In this document: positions 1 through 10,174 of the stretch, piece by piece
Position numbering within the stretch: the first letter of the stretch is position 1
Layout of the letters: each line of letters starts with the position of its first letter
Origin: Candidatus Poribacteria bacterium
Lineage (GTDB): Bacteria > Poribacteria > WGA-4E > GCA-2687025
Length of the DNA stretch: 64,000 nucleotides
Direction: 5' to 3'
NCBI GenBank assembly: GCA_963665845.2
Contig: OY762492.1
Location: 608,001-672,000, forward strand
Notes under the pieces: generated by a model
Database searches by the model: none
Seen by the model: the letters and a program-made list of their open reading frames with translations, nothing else
What the model was told of the DNA's origin: nothing
Translations under genes and position numbers: made by a program

Positions 1-1
1 G

Positions 2-109
2 ACAGGGCATTCAAGCGTTGTCTATGAGGTCTCGTTTTCGCCGGATGGAAAAACATTAGCTAGCGGAAGCGGCGACGGAACCATCCTGCTTTGGTCAACC
101 GCTGAATAA
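2..109 (+). CDS. WD40 repeat protein, C-terminal fragment (runs off the window start)
   Basis: Frame 2 reads [35 protein letters not shown], the same C-terminus as the downstream paralogs. Confidence 0.85.
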   Translation, partial: TGHSSVVYEVSFSPDGKTLASGSGDGTILLWSTAE

Positions 110-119
110 ACAAGAAGGG

Positions 120-1925
120 ATGAAGCGCATGAACAACACGCCCGCATATGTCCAATGGAACCTGCCCGAAAGCGCCGTAGCCCGTCTCGGCAAGGGCTGG
201 ATCTCCGACATCGCCTACTCTCCGGACGGGAAGCTTTTGGCGGTCTGCGCCGGGACAGGGATATGGCTCTACGACGCCGTGAACGGCGCCGAAACCGCGC
301 TGTTGAGCATACGCAGCGAGGAAGCCAAAGCCGCCGCGTTTTCACCTGACGGAAAGACGCTTGCCGCCGCATATGATCACAGCATGGCGCGGTTATGGGA
401 TGTTCAAACAGGGGAGATCTTAGATGCGTTTGAGAACGCCTGTAACGCTCGCAGCGCCGCCTTTTCGCCGGACGGAAAGACGATCGCTCTTGGCATGCAT
501 GGCAGCGTCATGCTGCTGGATGTTCAATCCGGCAAATTGCTCGCTGAATTGAAAGAGATCCAATACGATGCGGCGTCGGTCGCCTTTTCGCCGGACGGAA
601 AGACGCTCGCCAGCGGAAGCGGCGATAACATCGTCAGGCTGTGGGATGTCCAAACAGCCCAACTGAAAGCGGAGTTAAGACAGGAGCGCCGCGCCGCGTC
701 GGTCGCCTTTTCGCCGGACGGCCGAACGCTCGCCAGCGGCGATGGCAAGAAGATTCTGCTGTGGGATGTCCAAACAGGCAGGCGCGTCGGCGAACTCGAA
801 GGGCATACCGGCTTTGTAATGTCAGCCGCCTATTCGCCGGACGGACAGAACATCGTTGCCGCCAGCTACGAAAAGACAGCGCGCATCTGGAACGCCCGTA
901 CCGGCAAGTGTCAACAGCGGCTCATCGGGCATACGGACCCTATCGAGTTTGCCGCCTATTCGCCGGACGGCAGAACGATCGCTACAGGCGAGATAGGACC
1001 CAGCGGCGCCGTCAGACTGTGGAACGCGCAGACAGGAGCCGAACGGCAAACCATCGAAGGGCATACCGACGTTGTCGGCGGGCTTGCCTTTTCGCCGGAC
1101 GGCCGGACGCTCGCAATCGGATATCAGGACTCAGCGGCGGTATGCCTGCGGGATGTCCAATCGCGCGTTTCGTTGGACATCTTGCGCGGCCATAACGCCG
1201 CCGTGAACGGCGTCGCCTATTCGCCGGATGGACAAACCGCCGCCTCCGCCTCCGACGACGGAACCGCGAGGCTCTGGGATGTCCAAACCGGGCGGGAAAA
1301 GAGCGTTTTATATGGACATGAGGACAGCGTTCTCGGAATCGCGTTCTCGCCGGACGGAAAGACGGTTGCAACCGCCGGCCGCGATCGTTCCGCGCGCTTA
1401 TGGGATGTCCAAACTGGACAACAGACAGCGGCGTTCATTGGACACACAGACGAGGTCAACGACGCCGCGTTCTCGCCGGACGGGCGGACGCTCGCCAGCG
1501 CGTCTGAAGACGGGACTATCATGCTGTGGGATATTTCAACAGGCGCCCAAATTGCGGCGCTGCAAAACGAACAGGTTGAATTCATGCGTCAAGTTCACTT
1601 TTCGCCGGACGGCGGCCTAATTGCCGGCGCCGGGCCGGGCAACGACGTCTGCCTATGGGATGTTCAGACGCGCCGCATTTATCGAACATTCAGGCATCCC
1701 AGTTATTATATGTATTGCGCCGCATTTTCGCCGGATGGACAGACGCTTGCTACGGGAGGTTTAGATAAAATCGTCCTGCTTTGGAATGTCCAAACAGGTC
1801 AACTCAAAAAGGAGCTGAAAGGGCATTCGTTTATGGCGGTCAGTCTTGCCTTTTCGCCGGATGGACATCTCTTAGCCAGCGGAAGCTATGACGGCTCTGT
1901 CCTGCTCTGGTCAACGGCAGAATAA
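120..1925 (+). CDS. WD40 repeat protein (~14 blades)
   Basis: Repeated GH..V..AFSPDG..LAS....RLWD units; N-terminal YVQWNLPESAVARLGKG; no signal peptide; start could be 129. Confidence 0.93.
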   Translation: MKRMNNTPAYVQWNLPESAVARLGKGWISDIAYSPDGKLLAVCAGTGIWLYDAVNGAETALLSIRSEEAKAAAFSPDGKTLAAAYDHSMARLWDVQTGEILDAFENACNARSAAFSPDGKTIALGMHGSVMLLDVQSGKLLAELKEIQYDAASVAFSPDGKTLASGSGDNIVRLWDVQTAQLKAELRQERRAASVAFSPDGRTLASGDGKKILLWDVQTGRRVGELEGHTGFVMSAAYSPDGQNIVAASYEKTARIWNARTGKCQQRLIGHTDPIEFAAYSPDGRTIATGEIGPSGAVRLWNAQTGAERQTIEGHTDVVGGLAFSPDGRTLAIGYQDSAAVCLRDVQSRVSLDILRGHNAAVNGVAYSPDGQTAASASDDGTARLWDVQTGREKSVLYGHEDSVLGIAFSPDGKTVATAGRDRSARLWDVQTGQQTAAFIGHTDEVNDAAFSPDGRTLASASEDGTIMLWDISTGAQIAALQNEQVEFMRQVHFSPDGGLIAGAGPGNDVCLWDVQTRRIYRTFRHPSYYMYCAAFSPDGQTLATGGLDKIVLLWNVQTGQLKKELKGHSFMAVSLAFSPDGHLLASGSYDGSVLLWSTAE

Positions 1926-1935
1926 ACAAGAAAGG

Positions 1936-3741
1936 ATGAATCGCATGCGCCACACGCCCGCTTACACACGCTGGAACCTGCCTGAAGGCGCCGTAGCCCG
2001 CCTCGGCAAGGGCTGGATTTCCGACATCGCCTATTCGCCGAACGGGAAGCTCTTGGCAGTCTGCGCCGGCCCTGGCATCTGGCTTTACGACGCGAAGACC
2101 TACGCCGAATTGTCGCTGTTAAGCGTCCACGGCGAGGGCGCCGAAGCCGCGGCGTTTTCGCCCAACGGAAAGACGATCGCCGCCGCCTATGAAGGCGCGG
2201 CGCGGCTCTGGGATGTCCGAACAGGCAAGATTCGAACCGAGTATGAAGAGACCGGCGACAGCCAGAGCGTTGCGTTCTCGCCGAACGGAAAGACGATCGC
2301 TGTCGGCAGATATGAGAAGGATGTCTCGCTGCTGGATGTCCGATTCGGAAAGACATTTACGGCGCTGAAAGGCGAAGAGTCTGTGGACGCGCTCGCTTTT
2401 TCTCCAAACAGCCGGACGCTTGCCTGCGACAGCGACAGCAATTCAGTACGGCTCTGGGACGCTGAAACGGCGAAACGCCTTAAGACGCTCAAAGGACACG
2501 ACGCCTATGCAACCTGCGCGGCATACTCGCCGGACGGAAAAACGCTCGCCAGCGGCAGCAGCGACGAGACGGTCAGACTATGGGACGTCAAAACGGGTCA
2601 ATGCATAACAACGCTCAAGGGGCATACCGAATCTGTCCATTCGGTCGCCTTTTCGCCGGACGGAAAGCGGCTTGTCAGCGCCGGCGCCGATAGAACGGCG
2701 CGCATCTGGGACGCGCAAACAGGACAGTATCGACAGCAGCTGATTGGACATATCGGCGGCATCGATTGCGCCGTCTATTCGCCGGACGGCAAAACGATCG
2801 TCACCGGCGGGCGGCTCGGCGACGGAACGCTCCGATGCTGGGACGCGCAAACAGCAGCCGCGCGTCAAACGATTGAAGGGCATACGCCGATGATCGACGG
2901 GCTTGCCTTTTCTCCCAACGGGGGGACGCTCGCTATCGGGCATTATGACGACGCGATACGGCTTTGGGATGTCCAAACGCGCTCGCATTTTAAAACTCTG
3001 CGCGGACACACCGGCGACATCGGCAGCGTCGCTTACTCGCCGGACGGCCGGACGCTCGCCAGCGCCAGCTACGACTCGACGGCGCGGCTTTGGGATGTCC
3101 AAACCGGACGGCAAAAAGCGGTTCTGAAAGGACATGAAAGTTTCGTCAACAGCGTCGCGTTTTCCCCTAACGGACAGACGCTCGCCACCGCCGGCGACGA
3201 CGGTACGGTTCGCCTATGGAATGTCCAAACCGGACGGCATCAAACGACTCTCATCGGACGCGCCGACAGAGTCCATTGCGCAGCCTACTCGCCGGACGGG
3301 CAAACGCTTGCTTCCGCCGGTTTCGGCGGAACCATACAGCTTTGGGATGTTCCAAGCCTTTCCGAAGCGGCGGCGTTGAAACGCAAAGAGTTGGGGAATG
3401 CGCTTCGCGTCGTTTTTTCACCGAATGGACATCTTCTCGCCGCTGTCGGATACGGAGGCGGCGTGTGTCTATGGGATGTTCGAAAGCGCGCGCTTGTGAA
3501 CATCTTAGAAGGGCATCTTGAGGACGGCGTCATTGCCGCGGCGTTTTCGCCGGATGGACAAACCCTCGCCAGCGGCGGAAATGACAAAACCGTACGGCTT
3601 TGGGATGTCCAAACAGGGACGCCTAAAGCGGCGCTTGAGCATGGAAGCGATGTGTACGAGGTTGAGTTTTCTTCGGACGGCACGATTATCGCCAGCGCTG
3701 GACATGACGGAACCATCCTGCTCTGGTCAACCGCTCAATAA
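1936..3741 (+). CDS. WD40 repeat protein (~14 blades)
   Basis: ORF 1888-3741 trimmed to ATG 1936 after AAGAAAGG, by alignment with paralogs; SPDG/WD repeats. Confidence 0.93.
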   Translation: MNRMRHTPAYTRWNLPEGAVARLGKGWISDIAYSPNGKLLAVCAGPGIWLYDAKTYAELSLLSVHGEGAEAAAFSPNGKTIAAAYEGAARLWDVRTGKIRTEYEETGDSQSVAFSPNGKTIAVGRYEKDVSLLDVRFGKTFTALKGEESVDALAFSPNSRTLACDSDSNSVRLWDAETAKRLKTLKGHDAYATCAAYSPDGKTLASGSSDETVRLWDVKTGQCITTLKGHTESVHSVAFSPDGKRLVSAGADRTARIWDAQTGQYRQQLIGHIGGIDCAVYSPDGKTIVTGGRLGDGTLRCWDAQTAAARQTIEGHTPMIDGLAFSPNGGTLAIGHYDDAIRLWDVQTRSHFKTLRGHTGDIGSVAYSPDGRTLASASYDSTARLWDVQTGRQKAVLKGHESFVNSVAFSPNGQTLATAGDDGTVRLWNVQTGRHQTTLIGRADRVHCAAYSPDGQTLASAGFGGTIQLWDVPSLSEAAALKRKELGNALRVVFSPNGHLLAAVGYGGGVCLWDVRKRALVNILEGHLEDGVIAAAFSPDGQTLASGGNDKTVRLWDVQTGTPKAALEHGSDVYEVEFSSDGTIIASAGHDGTILLWSTAQ

Positions 3742-3760
3742 ACAAGAAGGGGCGAAGCGC

Positions 3761-5560
3761 ATGAACGAGCCGCCCGCCTATGTCCAATGGAACCTGCCTG
3801 AAGGCGCCGTAGCCCGCCTCGGCAAGGGGTGGATCTCCGACATCGCCTATTCTCCGGACGGGAAGATCTTGGCGGTCTGCGCGGGCCCTGGCATCTGGCT
3901 CTACGACGGCAAAACATTCACTGACACAGCGCTGCTGAACGTTCATGGCGAACGCCCTATAGCCGCGGCGTTTGCGCCCAGCGGAAAGACGATCGCCGCC
4001 GCGTACCACCGCAGCGAAACGGCGCGCATCTGGAATGTCCAAACAGGCGCGGTTCAAACCGAGTTTGAGGTCGGCCGCCGCGCTTACAGCGTTGCCTATT
4101 CGCCGAACGGAAGGACGATCGCCGTCGGTCTGGACAGCGCCGTCCTGTTGGCGGACGCCCGATTCGGCAAACCCTTCGCAGAGCTGAAACGCGGCAGAGA
4201 CTATCATGCGGTCGCGCTCGCCTTTTCGCCGAACAGCCGCATGCTCGCCAGCAACGGCGTCAAAGGGGCGATCCATCTCTGGGACGCCGAAACAGGGGAT
4301 CTCCTGAAAAAGATCGATACAGAGAGCGATGTTTATTGTCTCGCCTTTTCTCCAGACGGCAAAACGCTCGCCAGCGGCGAAGACGACGAAACGGCGCGTC
4401 TTTGGGATGTCCAAACCGGACAGCTGAAAGCGGAAATGAAAGAGCATAGCGACGCCGTTACCTCCATCGCCTATTCGCCGGACGGGAGATACATCATAGC
4501 CTCTTGTTATGACAATAAAGAAGCGCGCATCTGGAACGCCCATACGGGACAGCTGCGGCGCCAGATGACTGGACATGCCTACGGCGCCCGCTTCGCCGTC
4601 TATTCGCCGGACGGGCGGATGATCGTCACGGGCGGATGGAGGCACGGCGGAACGCTCCGCGTCTGGGACGCGCATATGTTTTCCGAGAAGCGCGTTATCG
4701 AAGAACATACGGCGGCAGTGGACGCGCTCGCCTATTCCCCGAACGGCAAGCTGATCGCTTCTGGACATTGGGACGACTCGATTCGGCTGTGGGATGTCCA
4801 AACGCTCTCGCTTCAAAAAACGCTGCTTGGACATAAGGCAGACCTGGAGCGCGCCGCATTTTCTCCAGACGGCAAAACGATCGCCAGCGCGAGCTACGAT
4901 CAAACCGCGCGGCTATGGGATGTCCAAACAGGCAGGGAAAAGGCTGTTTTAAGACATGGAGACTTGGTGAACGACGCCGCGTTTTCCCCAAGCGGGAAGA
5001 CGGTCGCCACCGCATGCCGCGACCATACCGTTCAACTATGGGATGTCCAAACAGGGCGGCGTCAAAAAACGCTCCATGGACATGAAGGCTCCGTGTCCAG
5101 CGTCGCCTATTTGCCGGATGGACAAACGCTCCTCTCCGCGTCCGGCGAGGGCGTTCTTCTTTGGGACGTTCCAAGCGGCTCCCAAATTGCGGCGTTGAAA
5201 AGCAAGGAAATGGAGAGAGTGTCTCGAGCGGCATTGTCGCCGAACGGGCGGCTGCTTGCCGTTGTCGGAACCGAACGCGCCGCATGTTTATGGGATGTTC
5301 GAAAGCGTCAGATCGTCAGGCGCTTTGAAGGTTTCACCGACGAGCTGCTCTACTGCGTCCAGTTTGCGCCGGACGGAAAACGGATCGCGATTGGCGACGG
5401 CAAGCTGGTTCGAGTGTTGGATGTCCAGACAGGCAAATCGGTCATGACGCTGGAGGGGCATTCTGACAGCGTGAACGATCTCGCCTTCTCCCCCGACGGA
5501 AAAACGCTCGCCGCCGATTGCCACGACGGAACCGTACTGATATGGTCAATCGACAGATAA
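3761..5560 (+). CDS. WD40 repeat protein (~14 blades)
   Basis: ORF 3518-5560 trimmed to ATG 3761 (MNEPPAYVQWNLPEGAVARLGKG). Confidence 0.93.
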   Translation: MNEPPAYVQWNLPEGAVARLGKGWISDIAYSPDGKILAVCAGPGIWLYDGKTFTDTALLNVHGERPIAAAFAPSGKTIAAAYHRSETARIWNVQTGAVQTEFEVGRRAYSVAYSPNGRTIAVGLDSAVLLADARFGKPFAELKRGRDYHAVALAFSPNSRMLASNGVKGAIHLWDAETGDLLKKIDTESDVYCLAFSPDGKTLASGEDDETARLWDVQTGQLKAEMKEHSDAVTSIAYSPDGRYIIASCYDNKEARIWNAHTGQLRRQMTGHAYGARFAVYSPDGRMIVTGGWRHGGTLRVWDAHMFSEKRVIEEHTAAVDALAYSPNGKLIASGHWDDSIRLWDVQTLSLQKTLLGHKADLERAAFSPDGKTIASASYDQTARLWDVQTGREKAVLRHGDLVNDAAFSPSGKTVATACRDHTVQLWDVQTGRRQKTLHGHEGSVSSVAYLPDGQTLLSASGEGVLLWDVPSGSQIAALKSKEMERVSRAALSPNGRLLAVVGTERAACLWDVRKRQIVRRFEGFTDELLYCVQFAPDGKRIAIGDGKLVRVLDVQTGKSVMTLEGHSDSVNDLAFSPDGKTLAADCHDGTVLIWSIDR

Positions 5561-5575
5561 ATTGAAGGGCGGCGT

Positions 5576-7369
5576 ATGCCTAGAACGGACGCTTACACGC
5601 AATGGAACCTGCCGGAAGGCGCTGCCGCGCGTCTCGGCAAAGGGTGGCTCTCCGACATCGCCTACTCTCCCGACGGAGAGCTGATGGCGGTCTGCGCGGA
5701 CGCCGGCGCATGGATCTACGACGCGAAAACATACGCTGAACGGAACCTGCTGAACAGGTCGGCGCTTGCCGCCGCCTTCGCGCCGGACGGCAGAACGCTC
5801 GTTCTCGCCGGCCCAGAGGAACCCGAGCTGTGGGACGCCTATACAGGCGAGATGCTAACGAAGTTTGAGGAGCCGCCCGATTCGCTGATCTACGCCGCTT
5901 ATTCGCCGGACGGGAGATTCGTCGCCGGCGCATGCTACGACCATACCGCGCGGATATGGGACGCCCGAAGCGGAAAACTCGTCCACACTCTTGAAGGGCA
6001 TACCGACATCGTCTACTGCGTCGCCTACTCCCCCGACGGCGCGCTTCTCGCCAGCGGAAGCGGAGACGGCGCGGCGCGTCTCTGGGATGCGGCGTCCGGC
6101 TATCAACCGAAAGCGGTTCTACAGGGACATGAGGACGCGGTCACATGCGCCGCCTTCTCCCCGGACGGCTTGACGCTTGCGACCGGCAGCGACGACGCGA
6201 CAGCGCGTCTCTGGGATGTCCAAACAGGCGGATGCAAAGCGACGCTCAAAGGACATTCCGCCCGCGTCATGTCTGTCCACTTCTCCCCGTCGGGAGAAAC
6301 GCTTGTGAGCGGCAGTTTCGACAAAACAGCGCGCATCTGGAATGTCCATACAGGACAGCTGAAGCAGCGGCTCATCGGATATGTCGGCGACATCGACTGC
6401 GCGGTCTATTCTCCAGACGGCAGAACGATTGCCAGCGGCGGAGGGCGTAAAGACGGGCGCCTGCTCATGTGGGACGCCCGAACAGGCGCCGTCCGCCAAG
6501 CCATCGAAGGACACACCTCGCATGTTGAGTCCGCCGCGTTTTCGCCTGACAGCCGAACGGTCGCGACTGGACATTGGGACAACGCGATTCGGCTGTGGGA
6601 TGTCCAAACGCGCGCGCAATTGATCGCCATGCGCGGCCATAAAGGCTATATAACATGCGTTGCGTTTTCACCGGATGGACAGACTCTTGCGAGCGCCAGT
6701 TTCGACGGAACCGCCAAGCTGTGGAATGTCCTAACAGGCGCCCATCCGAAGACGTTTTCTGGTCATAAAGGCGCCGTCTACAGCGCGGCGTTCTCTCCTG
6801 ACGGCAAAACGGTCGTCACCGCCGGCAAAGGCGGCAAGGCGCGGATATGGGATGTCCAAACGCTCCAAGAAAGGTCCATGATCGAGACGAATGCGGAGGC
6901 TGCTTATTCCGCCGTTTTTTCTCCTGACGGCAATTTTCTAGCGCTCGCCTGCAGCGACAAGACAGCTCAGATATGGGATGTCCAATCGCGGCGCCTCATA
7001 AAGACATTTGAGGGGCATACCGATGTTGTTTGGACAGCGCAGTTCTCGCCGGACAGCAGAACGCTGGCGACCGCCTCCGCCGATGAGACGGCGCGTCTTT
7101 GGGATGTCCAAACAGGCGCGCCGCTGCATACCTTAAACGGCCATGAGGATCGAGTGGTGTCGGCCGTGTTCTCCCCTGACGGACGGAGGCTCGCCACCGC
7201 CAGTTCCGACGAGACAGCGCGGCTCTGGGATGTCCAAACAGGCGCGCCGCTGGATACTTTAGAGGGGCATGCGGATGAGGTGTTCGACGCCGCGTTCTCG
7301 CCCGACGGGCGCGCCCTAGCGACCGCCGGCTACGACGGGATCGTCTATCTTTGGACGATTCCGAATTAA
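5576..7369 (+). CDS. WD40 repeat protein (~14 blades)
   Basis: YTQWNLPEGAAARLGKG leader, canonical GH-x-WD repeats. Confidence 0.93.
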   Translation: MPRTDAYTQWNLPEGAAARLGKGWLSDIAYSPDGELMAVCADAGAWIYDAKTYAERNLLNRSALAAAFAPDGRTLVLAGPEEPELWDAYTGEMLTKFEEPPDSLIYAAYSPDGRFVAGACYDHTARIWDARSGKLVHTLEGHTDIVYCVAYSPDGALLASGSGDGAARLWDAASGYQPKAVLQGHEDAVTCAAFSPDGLTLATGSDDATARLWDVQTGGCKATLKGHSARVMSVHFSPSGETLVSGSFDKTARIWNVHTGQLKQRLIGYVGDIDCAVYSPDGRTIASGGGRKDGRLLMWDARTGAVRQAIEGHTSHVESAAFSPDSRTVATGHWDNAIRLWDVQTRAQLIAMRGHKGYITCVAFSPDGQTLASASFDGTAKLWNVLTGAHPKTFSGHKGAVYSAAFSPDGKTVVTAGKGGKARIWDVQTLQERSMIETNAEAAYSAVFSPDGNFLALACSDKTAQIWDVQSRRLIKTFEGHTDVVWTAQFSPDSRTLATASADETARLWDVQTGAPLHTLNGHEDRVVSAVFSPDGRRLATASSDETARLWDVQTGAPLDTLEGHADEVFDAAFSPDGRALATAGYDGIVYLWTIPN

Positions 7370-7683
7370 GAGCTGGACGATCCGCTGTCCGAGGCGGACG
7401 TTTTCTTCGACTCGCTCTTGCCGCTTTTTTCAGAGGTTTTAGCGGATGAATCGCTGGACGGCGCCGCGTCTTTTTTCTGCGCCGATTTATAGCCGTCGCT
7501 GCGGTAGTCGGTGATGTAGAACCCGTCCCCTTTAAAGATGAGACCCGCGCCGCCGCTGATGAGCCGCGTGACGGCGCCTTTCTTGCCGCATTCGGGGCAG
7601 TCGCGTATCGGATCCGCTTTGATGCTGTGAAAACGTTCAAACTTGACGCCGCATTCGTTGCAGCGGTATTCGTAGGTCGGCAT
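7366..7683 (-). CDS. FmdB-family zinc-ribbon protein
   Basis: MPTYEYRCNECG...CPECG...LIFKGDGFYITDYR followed by a Ser/Lys-rich tail. Confidence 0.9.
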   Translation of the reverse strand: MPTYEYRCNECGVKFERFHSIKADPIRDCPECGKKGAVTRLISGGAGLIFKGDGFYITDYRSDGYKSAQKKDAAPSSDSSAKTSEKSGKSESKKTSASDSGSSSS

Positions 7684-7757
7684 TGCGTTCTTTCTCCGCG
7701 CGTCTATTTTGGTTGATGGCGCTGCGCTCATAATGTTAGCGCCGAGACGCCGCAAAT

Positions 7758-9431
7758 TCACATCTGATTCGGCGCCCGCGCCCCAAGCATGTTCAGCCCG
7801 TTCGCCATCGTCGTTTGAACCGCCTTCACAAGCAGCAGCCGCGCCTCCGTCAGCGCCGGCTCCTCCGGGTCCAGGATGCGCCGCCGGTCGTAAAACAGAT
7901 GAAACGCCGCCGCCAGCTCCCGCAGCATGTGCGGTATCGTGTGCGGCTCAAACAGCTCCGCGGCGTTCATCACAGCGGCGGGGAAATAGGCGCACCGCTT
8001 GATGATATCGGTCTCCTCCTGTTCTTTCAACAGCGACAGGTCCGCGCTGTCAACGTTCGGCTCCGCGATCCCTTTCTCCCGCGCCTGACGAAACAGGCTC
8101 GCCGCCCGCGCATGCGCGTACTGAAGGTAGTAGACAGGATTGTCGTTGGACGTTTTCTTGACAAGGTCGATGTCGAAGTTCAGTTGAGAATTCATGTTGC
8201 GGTGAATCATGAACAGGCGAACCGCGTCCTCGCCGACCTCGTCCAGCAGATCGTCCAGCGTTTCATAAGTGGCGCGGCGCGTGCTCATTTTGACCTTTTC
8301 GCCGTCCCGTTCAAGCGTCACAAACTGGTGAACGAGCGCTTTCATGTGTGAGATGTCGTAGCCCAACGCTTGAACTGCCGCAAAGACGTCCGGATATTCA
8401 GCGATATGATCCGCGCCGAAGATGTCGATGATGCGGTCGAACCCGCGCCGAATCTTTTCCCGGTGGTAGGCGATGTCGGGCAGGCGGTAGGTCGGCTCTC
8501 GACCAGGTCCGCTTCGGATGATCGGCGGGTCTTTCGGCAAGCCAAACGCGGTCGCTTGAAACCAGACGGCTCCGTCCTTGTCGTAGGCGTACCCGGCGGC
8601 GCGCAGCTTCTCCACAACATCCTCAATCAGCCCCTGTTCATAAAGCGTCTGCTCGCTAAAATAAACGTCAAACACGATGCCGATGCGTTTGAGCGTCGCA
8701 AGGATGCCATTAAAAATGGTCTCGGCGGCGGCAGCCCGAAACGGCTCCACATCTTTCTCGTCAGCCAACCGATCCCCATGTTCCTTGATCAGTTCCTGCG
8801 CAATGTCTCGGATATACTCGCCTTGGTACCCTTCTTCAGGAAATTCAGCCGGCAGATTCAGAAGCTCAAGATACCTGGCGCGCACCGTTTCACCGAGGAC
8901 GAGCATCTGCCTCCCGGCGTCGTTGCTGTAATACTCGCGCGTGACGTCGTATCCGACCGCCTCCATGAGACGCGCGATGACGTCGCCGAAGACCGCCCCC
9001 CGCGCATGTCCAACCGTGAGCGGCCCTGTCGGATTCAAGCTGACGAACTCGACCAGCGCCGTTTGACCCGCGTATCGGCTCGATCTGCCGTATTCTCCAC
9101 CTTCATTCAGAACTTTCCGCAGCGCCTGTTCGCGCCATGCGTTTGAAAGCCAAAAGTTGATAAACCCCGGCCCGGCGATTTCGACCTTTTCAATCATCCC
9201 GCTCGGTTCAATCCGTTTGACGATGATCTCGGCGATAGCGCGCGGATTCATCTTCGCCTCCCGCGCGAGACCGAGGGCGGCGGAGGTTGCCGCGTCGCCG
9301 TGCGCCTCTTCTCTCGGCCGGTCGATGGAAATTTCCGGCAGGCTGTCAAGTGTCAGCTCTCCGTCCTCCCGCGCTGACTGAAGGGCGCCCCGTACCGCGT
9401 TTTCAAGCAGGCTTGCCGTTTCAATCCACAT
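7758..9431 (-). CDS. argS: Arginine--tRNA ligase
   Basis: AGPGFINF, EFVSLNPTGPLTVGHARG (HIGH-like), KMSTR, NPVYYLQYAHAR; ATG 9431 overlaps the end of prcA. Confidence 0.96.
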   Translation of the reverse strand: MWIETASLLENAVRGALQSAREDGELTLDSLPEISIDRPREEAHGDAATSAALGLAREAKMNPRAIAEIIVKRIEPSGMIEKVEIAGPGFINFWLSNAWREQALRKVLNEGGEYGRSSRYAGQTALVEFVSLNPTGPLTVGHARGAVFGDVIARLMEAVGYDVTREYYSNDAGRQMLVLGETVRARYLELLNLPAEFPEEGYQGEYIRDIAQELIKEHGDRLADEKDVEPFRAAAAETIFNGILATLKRIGIVFDVYFSEQTLYEQGLIEDVVEKLRAAGYAYDKDGAVWFQATAFGLPKDPPIIRSGPGREPTYRLPDIAYHREKIRRGFDRIIDIFGADHIAEYPDVFAAVQALGYDISHMKALVHQFVTLERDGEKVKMSTRRATYETLDDLLDEVGEDAVRLFMIHRNMNSQLNFDIDLVKKTSNDNPVYYLQYAHARAASLFRQAREKGIAEPNVDSADLSLLKEQEETDIIKRCAYFPAAVMNAAELFEPHTIPHMLRELAAAFHLFYDRRRILDPEEPALTEARLLLVKAVQTTMANGLNMLGARAPNQM

Positions 9432-10155
9432 CGCCGCCGTTCCTTTCGTTGTCCGCTGTTTCGCCGAGCGCTTCGGCGAGTTCATCGCGCAGCGCCCGTC
9501 TAAATTTGCGCCGTCCGCGCGGTTCCTCTAAAAAAGCCGCCTCAAGACCGCCGCTGGAAACCGGCTCCTCATCGGATGTTTGGGCATGTTGAATCGCGTC
9601 CGCCGCAAGCCGCACCGCCGCATGCAGCGTCAAATCAGGCTCATAATTCTCATCCAGCCAAGCTGCTATGAGATTCGCCTTACCGCCGATGACGCAGAAC
9701 CGCTCATCGTCTCTCAAAACGCCGTTGTAAGAGATTCGGTACAGCTGATTCTGCGCATACCCAGGCTCCCCCAGCTCCGCCACAATCAGCTCCACCTCAA
9801 ACGGCTTCGCGTCAAATTGCCGCCAGACGTTGCCGATATACTGCGAATACAGGTTGGCGAGCCATCGCCCCGTCACATCTTCTCGGCTGTAGGTGAACCC
9901 TTTCAGCTCCGCTTGTTCGATGCCGACGGTGCGCAGCAGGTCGTATTCAGGGACGCTTCCGACCGCGGCAAAGGCGACTCGGTCGTAGATTTCGGAGATT
10001 TTGTAAAGCGTTCGGCTGGCGTTCTGCGCGACGATGGCGATCCCGTCCGCATATTCCAGGGCGGCCACATCCCGCCCGTATTTGATGCCTTCGCGGGCAA
10101 GCTCATTTTTTTCGTTCATGATCTGTTCTGGGGACGCGAAGAGCGGCGTCGGCAT
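9421..10155 (-). CDS. prcA: 20S proteasome alpha subunit
   Basis: SPEQIMNEKNELAREGI, KISEIYDRVAFAAVG, YSREDVTGRWLAN..KPFEVELIVAE resemble actinobacterial PrcA. Confidence 0.93.
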   Translation of the reverse strand: MPTPLFASPEQIMNEKNELAREGIKYGRDVAALEYADGIAIVAQNASRTLYKISEIYDRVAFAAVGSVPEYDLLRTVGIEQAELKGFTYSREDVTGRWLANLYSQYIGNVWRQFDAKPFEVELIVAELGEPGYAQNQLYRISYNGVLRDDERFCVIGGKANLIAAWLDENYEPDLTLHAAVRLAADAIQHAQTSDEEPVSSGGLEAAFLEEPRGRRKFRRALRDELAEALGETADNERNGGDVD

Positions 10156-10174
10156 CGCAGTTCCTTAGGTCTGT

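Noticed and set aside
3686-4903. Long antisense and alternative-frame ORFs (e.g. 3686-4903, 36825-38006, 50346-51542, 59957-61192)
   Set aside because: Shadows of well-supported genes in GC-rich DNA, with no recognisable motifs
120-7369. Diversity-generating retroelement acting on WD40 genes
   Set aside because: No reverse transcriptase in the window and no adenine-specific template/variable repeat pair seen
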